Source: Phyllosticta citribraziliensis
Taxonomy: Eukaryota
DNA length: 64,000 bases
NCBI RefSeq assembly: GCF_038025025.1
Contig: NW_027117340.1
Coordinates: 744,001-808,000 of the forward strand
Direction of reading: 5' to 3'
Shown here: positions 40,511-52,900 of the stretch, one piece after another
Numbering within the stretch: position 1 is the stretch's first letter
How the letters are laid out: the number at the start of each line of letters is the position of its first letter
The notes under the pieces: generated by a model
The model's input: only the letters and a program-made list of their open reading frames with translations
Database searches by the model: none
What the model was told of the DNA's origin: nothing
Translations under genes and position numbers: made by a program

Positions 40511-43500
40511 CTTTCTATATCTTTATAATATTTACTGTAGGCCTAAGTAACTTATTTTATTATTACTTTCTATTTTAATCTATAGTTCTTCTTAGAGGAA
40601 GGTAGTCTTCTATTTTTCTAGATTTTTTAGTAGTCCTGCCATGGTGGGGTATAATAAGTGGAATTCTTTAATTTTCTATAGTGTGCTGCTAAAAGAACTT
40701 ATATTATACTACTAGTTATCTTAGTTATATCTAGTCTATTTAACTTGGTATTGAAGCTTTCTATATGAGACTTGACTAGCTTAAATATAGTCTACTTCCT
40801 ACTTAGGCTCATCTTGAATGATCTTAGGTTCTAGTTTAGTATATTCTTAACTAGGAAGCTATTCTATTTTAGCCTTATATAGCCTATTAGTATAGAAAAG
40901 GTTAACTATCTTTATATATAAAGGAAGATTAAGGATATAGGAGGGTCCTTCTATTCCTATAATCTTAAAAGGTCTAGTATTAGGGAAGTCTAATTTAAGG
41001 TTTAGCTAATTAGTAGACTATCCTATTTTCTTAATATAGATATAATCTCTAACTGTAAAGTCTGGTGTGTGATGGTATTTATTAGCTTATTAGTATATAT
41101 ACTCTTAGGATTTAAGAATAAGATTCTTTATAAATTTAAAAGCTTCTTATCTTCTCTTTTATAGTATTTATACTACTATATAAGCCATCTTTTCTGGTTA
41201 CTAGGGGGTCTCTATTCTTTATTGCTAGTTATAGTATATTTAAGGGGAATATCCTAACTTAATCTTAAAAGGTAAAAGTCTAGTAGCTTTATAGGGAAGT
41301 ATTACTTGTGCAAGGTCTATTAATAGTAGAAGATTAGACTAATTATTCTAAAAGTAATTAATAAAAGGTCTTAATCTTTATATAAGATACTGATTAATAA
41401 TCTCTATAATACTATTAGTTTAAGAGTAGTAGGATAAGTTAAAATGCTACTCTATACTAGTTAGCTTATATAATTCATTTATAAATACTGAGATGAACTG
41501 AGGGCCTTAGTTAGATAGGATAGACTTAGGGTTTCTATAAATATAATAAATATATTTATAAAAGAGCCTAGAGACTCCTTTAGTATTAATCTTTTTTATA
41601 TAAGGTAAGCTGAAGGTTCTTTAACTTAACTAGTCTATAATAACTAGAATTATATTGTAGCCTTTTTAGTCCTTAGGTATCTCTTTAAAATCTATGGCTA
41701 AGTGTTACTAGGGTTAAGTGGGAATTTCTAGGGGTTATAGAAGGCCTAGGTCTTTATTATAAAACTCTTTTATTTAGTAGTAAATATGGCATCCTTGCCT
41801 ATAAATATTAATTATATAATTTATAGCTGGCTAGTAGTAATATTACTTAAGGAGTTTTCGCATCTTTATAATACTAGGATAAGCAGTTATATAAGTAGTA
41901 TATAAGGTATTAAGTATTCTTATACAGAGGTTATCATAATCTAGTATAAAGAGGGTACTGTATTATAGTAAAAGACTATCCTTTAGTTCCTAACTATTTC
42001 TTTATTTAAGGTCTTTTAAGAGGGCTTTCTATCTTTAGAGTTCTAATTTAGAATCTTCTTAGTTTATATAGAGAAGTTCATCTAAAAATAATACTAGAGG
42101 AGGAAGTTCTTATTCTAAAATAGAAAGAGGGATAATAGTCTCTAGTAGGATAAGGTATATCTCTTATATAGCCTTTACTTTTTCTTTTTAAGTCTTCAGG
42201 TCTTCTTATTTTTAAGTAAGGTAATTAGTAATAATATTTTCCTTTCCTAGTTAATAGGAGAAGTATATATGGAACTCTATAAAAAACTTAGACTATCTAG
42301 CTTATTATTAATTAAGTTATTATTTGGTAGAGTAGTACTCTAATACCTAATAGTCTGTAATTATAAGAAAAGGTTTTTTAAGGCTAATAAGTATTAGTCT
42401 CTATTCTTCTAGTCTATTCTTAATAGCTAGTAGTTCTTTATTAGATATTCTATAATGAAGTTCTGTATTAGCTATTGCCTTAGAGTAGAACGCTACTAGT
42501 TTCTAATTATGTGAAGGTTATTAGAGCTATATTAAAATGCCTATAGTAACTCTATTACTTATATTAGTCTCTATATAAGTATTAAGAGTAGGATTATAAT
42601 TGGCTAGGAGTGTATTACTATATATTAGCTTCTTAAGTTGTTAAATTACCTCTTCTTCTAGGAGTCCTAGTTATTGCTATTTTACCTTAGAGTATAGTTT
42701 CTCTAATAGCTGGCTAATTTATCTATAGTTAGGGAGAAATTATTAGTAGAAATTATAGAAACCTAGGAAGGATTAAAGAGCTTTAAGGGTTTTAGGTATT
42801 AGCTAGTTTTATATAGGTTCTACCTTATCTAGGTCTATTTAAATGCCTTCTATAGAAATAATATATCTAAGGAACTTTATATAAGTAACTAAAAACTTAC
42901 TCTTCTTTAAATCTACCTATAGTCCTACTTTTTATAGTCTTACTAGTACTTTTTTTACTTATTCCTTATACTCTGTAGGGTCTTTAGAGATAATAAGTAT
43001 ATTATCTATAAAAGCTATAATAAAATTGTCTAAATACTTAAAGAGAACCTAGTTAATAAAATGTTAAAAGGCTGTAGGTCTGTTGCTTAATCTAAATGGT
43101 AAGATATAGTATTTAAATAAGCTATATCTTATATAGAAGGTAGTCTTATCTTTAGAATCCTTAGTAAGATAAATGTGGTGGAAAGCTTATTAAATATTAA
43201 GCTTAGTATAAATTTTGCCCTTTCTAACGCGCTGAAGTAACTCTATAATAAGAGGAAGGGGGTATAAATCCTTAGTAGTTTATTTATTAAGCTATTAGTA
43301 GTCTATATAGAATCTCTATCCCCTACCAGGCTTTTTTACTACTAGAATAGGAGAAGTGTAGGTGGTAAAGCTTTTAGTAATAAAGCCTTTCTAAATATTC
43401 TTAATAATATACTCTTTTATAGCCTTAAGCTGCTCTAGAGATATTCTATAGAGAGGACTTAGTAGAAGCTCTAGTAGACTATTATATATAAGAGTTATTT

Positions 43501-45759
43501 TATAATTAACTCCTATGTAATATAGTGGTAGCTTATTAGACTCTATTTTAGAAAATATATCTTGAAATTCCTTATAAGTAGCTAGTAGCTTAGAAGCTAG
43601 TAATTCCTTAGTTTCTTTATCTTTAAGAGCTACTTAAACTTGTATGAGGTTGATAGTATAGATCTCTATTAGTATAAGTTGTAATTTATAGATAGAAATC
43701 TTAAAAGTATCTTAATTTTGAAATTTAATTCCCTTAATAACCTGTACTAAGGGAAGAAGGTGTTTATTAAATTTTTTATCTCTGTAGTCTGTATCTGCTT
43801 AATGTTCTTTCTGCGGTTCTTTACTTTATATAGAGACTTTTAGTAGGTGTAAAAGATACTAAAAGGATTAGTTAACTAGTAGCTATCTCTAGACTAGTTT
43901 ATATTATTTATAGTCTAGAAGAATATCGTGCTGGTTAAAAAACTATTACCTAAGAATTATATTATTATGGCTAATATTATAAATAAAAGTATAAGTAGAA
44001 ACTATTTAATCTTAGAAATAGAGTTAAAGATAAAAGTAAAAATTAACTTTCTTATTTATATATTAGTTAAACCTAGTAATATTAAGCCCTTTGCCTATTA
44101 TTCTCTTTTTTACAGTACCTATAGACTAGAGAGTTAGTAGTAGCTTAGGGTAAATAAAACTTATACTACTAGTACTAGTATTAGCTAGGGCATAAATTTC
44201 TAAGGTATGGCTATTAGATATAATTGAGGTTTGTATAGTAAAGGGTATACCTCTAATAAAGTGACTAAGATTTATGCGAGAACCTTTAATATGTATTACT
44301 CTAAGTTTAGATCTAAGGTAGGAGACTTTACCTAGGCCTTATTATTTTCTAATAAAGACTAATCTCCTTTATTTATATAGACTTCTTCTATACTTTCTTC
44401 TTCTACTAACTCTATTGCCTTTATCTCTAGTTATAGGTATTACCTCTATAAATGGCTAAACTAGCTATAGTGATTATATGGTCTAATCTCTATATAGACT
44501 TCTACTTTACCTTTATAGGTTATATTATATAAGGGAGCCCTAGATATAGATCGCGCCTAGGTATAATTAGAAGATAAAGTACTTATACTACCTAAGGTAG
44601 TTATCTTTACTTATTCTTATTATCTCTTCTTTACTTAATCCTTACGCGACGTGAGTATTAGTTTTCTTTAATTAGAATAGTAGTTACTAAGACTTTAAGT
44701 AATAGGGTAGGCTTATTAGAGGTACTTATAAAAGTTAATATCCTTATCTTACTTTATAGTAACTATATAGGTTTAAAGGAGAGGATCTATTATATTATAA
44801 AAGTCCTCTTTCTACTATTCTTAGGGAAGATCTATATCTAAGGCTAATTATATAAAGTTTAATTAAAACTTCTAAAGGTCTGTAGGAATATAGTATATAA
44901 GAGAGTATAACTACTTCTTTATATCCTTATATTTATATAGACTCTAGAAGAGGTTATCTAGGAATTTAAAGATATCCTTATCTAGAGTGACTTTATTGGC
45001 CTTTATATAAGAAGTGAGAAAAGGAGTTAGGTAATATAAGACTTCTCTACTAATATAGGAAATAATATAACCTATAATATTCTATTTAGTCTCCTCTACT
45101 ATATCCTTAGTAAAGTGATCGTGGTTTTATTTAATTTTATTTTATATAAGGAGGGTCTAGTATTTATATAAGGGGTCTTCTCTATTAGTAAGAAGAGGAG
45201 GATTAGGAACCTTACTACTTTAGTATTTCTTACTACTTAAAGATAAAGTAGAGGTTTTAGTAGTAGTTTCCCTTATATAGGTAGGAGGATCTTAAGAGAG
45301 GATAATAGGTCTTAGGTACTAAGATAATAAAGAGGGCCTAATATGTCCTTCCCTTAGAACTTCCCTAAGCCTATTAGTATAGTTTAAGAGCATTTACTTA
45401 AGAGCCCAGTTCTACCTTTATATATAGTTTAGTTGCTGCTATACTTAAGACTTATTTAAGGATGTAATCTTAGATTTAAATTAATTAATATCTAAGTGTG
45501 GTACCTTTATAAATACCTCTATAACTAGAGCTTAAACTGTATAAGTTAACCCTAGGTCTTAGGTATATTCTTTCACCTCTACTGCTAGAACTAAGTAGAA
45601 ATTATATAGGAGAATAGGGGTAGGTCCTCTCTTATTATTATTTAATAAGTATCTAGTATTGCGCGAATCTTTAGTCCCTTTATATAAATCTTATTAAGTT
45701 AATTAACCAGTACTGACACCTTTAGTAGTGCTAGATATATTAGCTTTATTCTTAGCTAT
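40511..45759 (-). pseudogene. gag-pol relic of A2
   Basis: Collinear reverse complement of A1 19492-24743. Confidence 0.92.
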
Positions 45760-46066
45760 ACTATCTTTATAGTCTTCTACTTAGAATGTCCCTTAAGTAG
45801 GTTATAGATGGGATACCTCCTAAATATTTATATACTACCCTATAGCCTTAACTAAAGACTTCTATAGTTAATATATACTTAATACTCCTTAGTCCTTAGA
45901 TAATACTGATGCGCCTAATAAAGATAACTTAGGTTTACTAGGGAAAAGTAATAAGTAGTCTTATATAAGACTATAGCTATATATAATATTGCTTAGGTTA
46001 AATATTATAATACCTTTATAGGTAAGAAGTAGGATAGAGCTAAAACTTAGAATGATCTTTTATATC

Positions 46067-46489
46067 TATTATAACTTATAGATTTCTCATTATATAGGTA
46101 AGGGCTAAAGGTAAACTACTAGAGAATATATATATATCTTAATTAAATCTAATAAGTTAAAAGAATAAAATATAAAAGATACTTATTACCTATATATTTC
46201 CTAGTCCTTCCTTTATACTATTCTACCTCTTATCCTTTATATAAGGGTCCTTGGTTATTATTAGGTAAGTTATAAAGGTGAGGTGTTAATGGGCTGTTAT
46301 ATAGTATCTACCTAGGGCTGTAGTGGCTGGTGCTAGCCTATAGTGGCTAGTACTAGCCTATAGGTTTTGGCCTAAGCTATAGTGGGCTGCTACCTAAGGT
46401 GAGGCTTATGCTTCCTATAACCGCGCGACGCTAGGTTTGTCCGTACTGGCCCTAGTGCTCGCATAGGCGCGTGTATGCCTATCGTGACA
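46067..46489 (-). repeat. 5' LTR of A2
   Basis: Direct repeat of 38280-38702, ends ATCGTGACA. Confidence 0.95.
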
Positions 46490-46494
46490 GTTAA

Positions 46495-47940
46495 TAAGAA
46501 TAGCTATAAAGAGGCCTATAGCTAGGTAAGAAGGGAGGTTATCTAAACTAGCCTTTATAAATATAGCTAGTACCTTTCCTAAAGTTTAGTAGAATATACT
46601 AGTCTTTAAAATTATTATCTATAGAAGAATAGAGACTCTATAGATTATATTTTAACTTATTATCTATAAGTAGGCTACTAGTATAGGTAACTAGCTACTT
46701 TCCTTTAAAAGATTTTAATTAGGAAGTCTAAAGAGGTATTATCTACTTATCTTAGGGCTAGTATAGCCTTATAGTTATATATATCTATAACTAGAGTTAT
46801 TAATAGGTATATATAGAAGTAGAGTAATATAAAGAAGATAAGTATCCTTAAGTAGGTATAGGTATTAGTAAAATAGGTTATTAAGGCTCTATAAATAGTA
46901 TAGGTTATAGATAAATTAATATATAATATAGAGATTTTAATTAAGGTTATCTATAAAGTAAGGTAATAGATATTTATACCTAAGAAGAGGGTAGATCTAT
47001 TAAGTAGATAACTAGTTAGCCCTTTCTCTATTTAGATATAGTATAGCTACTAGTAGGAGAAGTAGGTCCTAATAGTTTCTAGATTAACCCTAGTATAACT
47101 TCTAGGGTAATTATAATAGGTCTTAAAGGTAACTAGGGTACTATCTTAACTTATAGCTAGGGAGGTACTTTAAGGACTATACCTAGGGCTAGTACCTCTA
47201 GTATAGTAGGATATTCTAGTATAGTTAGAGAAAGGTACTAGAATAGATTATATAGGGACTAGGATACCCTTAAACCTATATTTATATTATATTAGCCTAC
47301 CTCCTTATATAGTATAATTAGGACTAGATTTAGCAGTAAACCTACTATATTAGTAGAGGTTAATATACTTAGTATTATAATCTTTATACCCTTAGCTAGA
47401 GCCTCTTCTATATATTCCTATTCTATAACTACTAGGTAATTCTCTAGGAATAGTTTAGTATAGGTAGTATTAACTTATTCTAAGGCTTATTAGAAAGTAG
47501 CCTAGTTTATACCTCCTATAAAGTCCTAGTATACTAGATAATCTAGGTACCTTTAAGAGGCTATAATTTATTAAGTAGATACTCCTATACTATCTAGGGG
47601 CTTAAATATTTCTATAATAAGGTTAATATAAGTTCTAGTTACTAGGATAATCTATTTAAGCTATTATTTATATTTACTATAATAGAGGAAGGCCTTAAGT
47701 TACTAAATAGATAGTATATCCTCTTCTAAAACTAATATAGTAAACTTATTATTTAGGGACTATATTATAGATAGTTCCTTATACTAGTACTAAGTATTAA
47801 AGGGAGGAGTAAGTATAGTAGAAGTAAGGGTCCTACTATAATAATACTAATACTAGGTTATATAAGAAAGGAGATCCTTACTAGGTACTATATAGAAGTA
47901 TATTATTAGCTATTTTAAGGGGATCTTCCTAGGTTTTAAT
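46495..47940 (-). pseudogene. Extra ORF(s) upstream of gag in B (ORF0)
   Basis: Coding-like minus frame about 47940-46930 (FTILVLEEDILS, KLFLENYLVVIE*EYIEEALAKG, LEYPTILEVLALG) and a second frame about 46930-46500. Confidence 0.5.
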
Positions 47941-48046
47941 AGAAGTAGACTTATAGTATTTATATATTAGTAGTAATAAAGGTCCTAGATATAGAGGGGA
48001 TACTATAGTAAAAGGAAGTACTATAGTACTTTTAGCTACTAAAAAA

Positions 48047-48219
48047 TATTATAAGTTCAGTTAGGATATCTTTTCTTAAATAAGGATTATCTTCTTATTA
48101 TTTCTATCTTAGCCCTAGGGCCCTACTTATTCTCATCTACTTACTTATACTACTAAGCCTACTAGCTAGTACCTACCTTGCTCATCTAAGGCGTCCCCAA
48201 CCATCTGCGGACTACGACA
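48047..48219 (-). repeat. 5' LTR of B
   Basis: Direct repeat of 28196-28368. The outer end is un-RIPed (...ACTACGACA). Confidence 0.93.
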
Positions 48220-48224
48220 AAGTT

Positions 48225-49552
48225 AGCTAGGTCTAATATTAATAGATAGAATTATAATTCTATAGGGAAGATTAAGTATATATAATCTAATATAAATTTA
48301 GGGACCTTAAATATATAGTCTAGGATTAGAAATAGACTATAGTACTTATATAAGTTAACTATAATACTATACTATAGGGTAGTAGAGTTAATATTAATAT
48401 CCCCTTCCTCCTTATAGTCTAGGAACTATTAGTAACCCTAGTCTCTATAGAATAAGTATCTACCTAGCTTAGTAAGATAGGTAAAATATACCTATCCCTA
48501 CTTATTAATAATTAGTAAACTAAAACCTATAGGGTAATATAGTCTATTTATACCACCTTCTATTAGGAAATAGGGGTATAGGCTCTTAGTAGTATAGTAA
48601 TAAGTTAGCTAGATAAATAGACTCCTTATAGTAGTAGGGTATTATTATAGATAATATAATAATAGGCCCCTATATACTTAAAAAGTAGCTACTTATAGGT
48701 ATCCTAGAGGAAGTAACCCTTTCTATAATTAGAGGGTTTAAAGGTATTAATATTATATAGCTTTAGCTTCTATAACTTCTTTAGGTATATCTAGTTACTA
48801 GCTATAGTTAATTTAGCCTTATCTTTACTAAAGTTATTATTATTATCTCTATAGAGTATTAAGGTATTATTATCTATAGTACTATACTCCTTAATATTAT
48901 AAGTAGCTTTACCCTTACCCTTATAGTAGGTTATAATAGGGGTATTATTATTACTAGATATTAGAATAAAACCCTCTACTTTATTAGTATCTAGTATAAT
49001 AGGGGCCTTTCCTATTAGTATAAGAAGCTATTTATACTTAAAGGGAGTAGTTATAGCTATTAGTAAAGTATTATTTAATTAGTTTCTATTATAGTCTAGG
49101 GGCTAGCTACTATTCTTCTTTATATTAGAGGTCTTATCTTTATTACTTTATCCTATAACTATAACCTCCTCCTTATTACTTTCCTTAGTATTATTACTTT
49201 AAGTATATTAGGGTTATTTAGTAATAATAGGTAAACTACTTATAGGTATACCCTACTTAGTTATTATTAGTATTTCTAGTAACTATATAAGTAAAGATAT
49301 ACTTCTAGGTATTTCTAGGAGTATAACTATAGCCTTTAGTATAATACCCTTAGGTTTATCTAGTATAGCTAGGGGTAAGTCTATACTACTACCTTTAGTA
49401 CCTTTCTTTAGCTTTATAATATAATAAGGAACTATATTAAGTAAGTTAGGCTTATTAGTCTTAGTTAAATAGATAAAGTATTAGATAGTAGTACCCTTAA
49501 TAGCTAAGGTACTTACTAATATACTAGAGATACCCTTCTTTTTTAGGGGTAT
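48225..49552 (-). pseudogene. Third ORF of C, N-terminal half
   Basis: Begins ATA CCC CTA AAA AAG AAG (de-RIP MPPKKK). Low-complexity N-terminus with KGKGKA, one apparent frame change near 48600-48660, then continues at 28190. Confidence 0.6.
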
Positions 49553-49949
49553 AGTATAAAGGATAGTATATAGTATAAATTAGAGGGTATACTAGTTATA
49601 AGGGTAGGTTAATAGTATAGTAAAGATTAGCTATATACTAAAATAGTAGGTCCTAAATTAGTAGGTACTAAGCTCTAAATAGTTCTAGATTAAAATAACT
49701 AACTTAGGAAAATCTATTTAGCCCTTTATATTATTTATATATCTACTATACCTCTCTAAATAAAGGAATAAAATAAAGAAACTCCCTTATAACTCTATTA
49801 TTCTTTATTATTAACTATTCCTCCTATTAAATAAAGGAAATCATTATTCTCCCTATTATATAAAGGGGTAATTTCTATATAAATAGTAATATAAAATAAT
49901 AATAGGAAATAAGAAAGAATAGGAATACTAATACTAACTATACTATATT

Positions 49950-52900
49950 TATAAATACTATAGGCTAAGGGCCCTTATATAGGGGGGATTACTACTAAAG
50001 GGCTAGAGTACCTAGTCTAGAAATAGGTCTAGTAGCTACCCTATAGCTTAGTAGTATCCCTACTATTAGCTAGGATATAGTTATTAGTAGGGTATATAAT
50101 TATAGTATATACTAGTAGTTTTAGTATATATAGTAGTTATCTTCTTATAGAGTATAGGGTAGTACTAGTCTTAAGTCTTTTATTATACTCTTTAATAAGG
50201 TCTATAGTATTTTTAAGGTTATTAATATTATACTAGACTTAGTACTAAGGGCTATAGCCCCTCTATTTAACTAAGTACTAGAGCTACTTTATAAAGGGGT
50301 TATATTAGTAGTCTAGTAAGGTTTTAATTTTATACTCTAGGGCCAGGTTATTAATATTTACTATAGGTATAGGGTCTAGTAGTACTTAGTAACTATAAGG
50401 GTTATTATTAGAATTATACTTAAGTTAGCTAACTAATATAATAGGGTAGATTTTTATTAGCTCTAGGAGGTTAAGCTTATATACTAAGGGGCCTATAACT
50501 CTCTTTACTTAATAAGGCCCTATTCTTAGTAGTTATAGCTTTTTTAGTAGGTTACTATAAATCTTATACCTAAAATATAGGTATAGTAGTACCTTATCTC
50601 TAATCTTAAACTAGACTAGCTTATAGTAAGAGTTATAGTACTCTTTCTAGATAATAGTAGTAAAAGCTAGGGCTTCTTAGGCTTCTACCTAGTACTAGGT
50701 ATATAGTACCTTAGTATTAATATCCTTTATACTCTTAAAATTACTAAATATAGTAGTTTATAGGTTAAAGCTATATAGAATCTTATATAGTATATACCTA
50801 GTAGATATATTATAGGATATATTTATTATCCCTTATATATAGGGAAGTATATCTATCTATATATAATTAGGATTAGTAAATATAAAATAATATATTATAT
50901 ATTCTAAAGTCTAGTTAGTATATTCTAACTATCTATTAGCCTATAGGTAATATACTATAGTACTATAGAATTATATCTTTAATATTATAAAAACTTATAT
51001 AATAAATTTAGATAGCTATTTTATATCCTAGTTTAAGATTAATATACTAGGTAGGCCCTAGCTATAACTATATAGGTCCTTAAACTAAATTAAGGCCTAT
51101 TACCTAGTAGTCTATATTTCTAGCCCTAGGGTAAGTAGGATTACTTTAGAGAACTTATATATAATAATAAGGAGGCTATTAAAACTACTATCTATAATAG
51201 CTAGGAGCTTTATAATAAAATTAGTATATAATATAAAGAAGGGGATCTTAACTATAGTAATTAGTATTAAGCTACTATAGGGGTAGTACTATTTAGTAGT
51301 TATATACTTATAGTTAGGGTAATTTTCTATATATAAGTATAGCTACTTATATAACTAGTATATATAAAATAAGGCCCTAATAAAGTCTATAGCTTAATTA
51401 GGGCCTTAATAGCTATAAGTATTATATATAAACTAGAAGATCTCCTTCTTATAGGCTAGAGGGATATATAGATATTTCCTATTTTTCTTAGTATAGTTAA
51501 TAAAGTAGATAAGCCTATAGTATAGGATAAACTATAACTTTAGAATAGGATTATTCTTACTAAAGTATATCTTAATACTCTATAGCTATTCCTTATTACT
51601 TACTTCTTCTTAAGGGGCCTCTACTAGTAAGTTACTTCCCCTAGGTATATTTATCCTAGTTAAGACTAGTATATCTACTCTAGTTAATATAGGTATATCT
51701 ACCCTAGTTCTATCCTAGGTTACCTTAATAGGCTAGCTTTTAAACTATCTTTCTAGGGCTATAGCTTATTTAAGTACTTATAATATATAAGCCTACTATA
51801 GATCTACTATATAGCCTTTCTATACTTTATTTTTAAAAGTATTAGTTATTTCTACTAATATAATATAGAAGTAGCTTATAGCCCTAGTAGGGTTAGAGTT
51901 ATATATTACTATAAATTATATAGGATCTATATTATCTAGGAATTCTACCTTATCTATAATATCTCTATTATTATAGCTAGCTTTTAAAGGTAACTAGCTT
52001 AAGGTATCTAATATAATATAATTCTATCTAAAATAGTACTTTATAGTTAAAGGAAATTATAATAGATATTATAATATTTATATTAGGTATAGATTTAATT
52101 ACTTATTAGATTAAGAAGTAGTAAATATTTTCTACTATACTAGTACTATTATTATAGTATAGTCTATAAAAAGTATTATATAGGCTACTAACTATACTAA
52201 AGTATATAGTTTCTTAACTACCTAGTATACCCTAGTTATCTTAAGTTTAGTAATCTAGTACTATATTTCTATATTAAATAGCTATTATAAGAGGAATATA
52301 ATTAGCTTAATTAATTAATATAAAAAGTCCTTTACTTATTTAAGCTATAGGGGTAGTCTCTCCTTATTAATATTAGCTATTATAACCTTTAATTACTAGT
52401 CTTCTATTTCTAATTTAGGGTCTTTAATAATATAGTATACTATAACTCTAAATCCTAACTCCTTTAAAGTATCTATATTAATATATAGTAGTTATAATAG
52501 ATTATAGTAAAACCTCTAATATATCTTATAAAGTATATTATATATTATATTAAATACTATTATTAGTAATAGCTCTAATAATATTAGTTTAATTATTATA
52601 AAGTATCTCCTTACTTACTTATCTTTTAGGGCTTTTTATAGATATAATATCTTAATTACCTCTAGGGGCTTAGCTAGCTAGGTATAATAGAGGTAATTAT
52701 CTTATAGCTATTCTATTAGTCTAATAAATATCTTAAGTTTTTATAGTATATAGGGGAAAACTATATCCTTAAGGGCCTAAATCTTAGTATTAAAGGTAGT
52801 AATTCCTAGCCCTAATACCTATTAGCCTAAGAGTATAATTAATAGGTACCCTAGATAAGTTTTCTTAATAGATAGGCTTATATTAACTTAGTCTAATATA

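Larger units (their letters stand above)
38280..46489 (-). mobile_element. Full-length Gypsy chromovirus A, copy A2 (8210 bp), nested in B
   Basis: Perfect TSD GTTAA (38275-38279 and 46490-46494), 423-bp LTRs at 38280-38702 and 46067-46489, polypurine tract 38705-38712. Reverse complement of A1. Confidence 0.97.
28196..48219 (-). mobile_element. Full-length Gypsy element B (about 11.8 kb without nested A2), with extra ORFs on both sides of gag-pol
   Basis: 173-bp direct LTRs at 28196-28368 and 48047-48219, perfect TSD AAGTT (28191-28195 and 48220-48224), RT YINN (=YIDD) 34542-34553, chromodomain near 31820-31970. Confidence 0.93.

Noticed and set aside
43928..44137. 69-aa ORF from the supplied track
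   Set aside because: It lies antisense to the protease region of A2 and has an I/K/N/L/Y composition typical of RIPed DNA, so it is a chance open frame.
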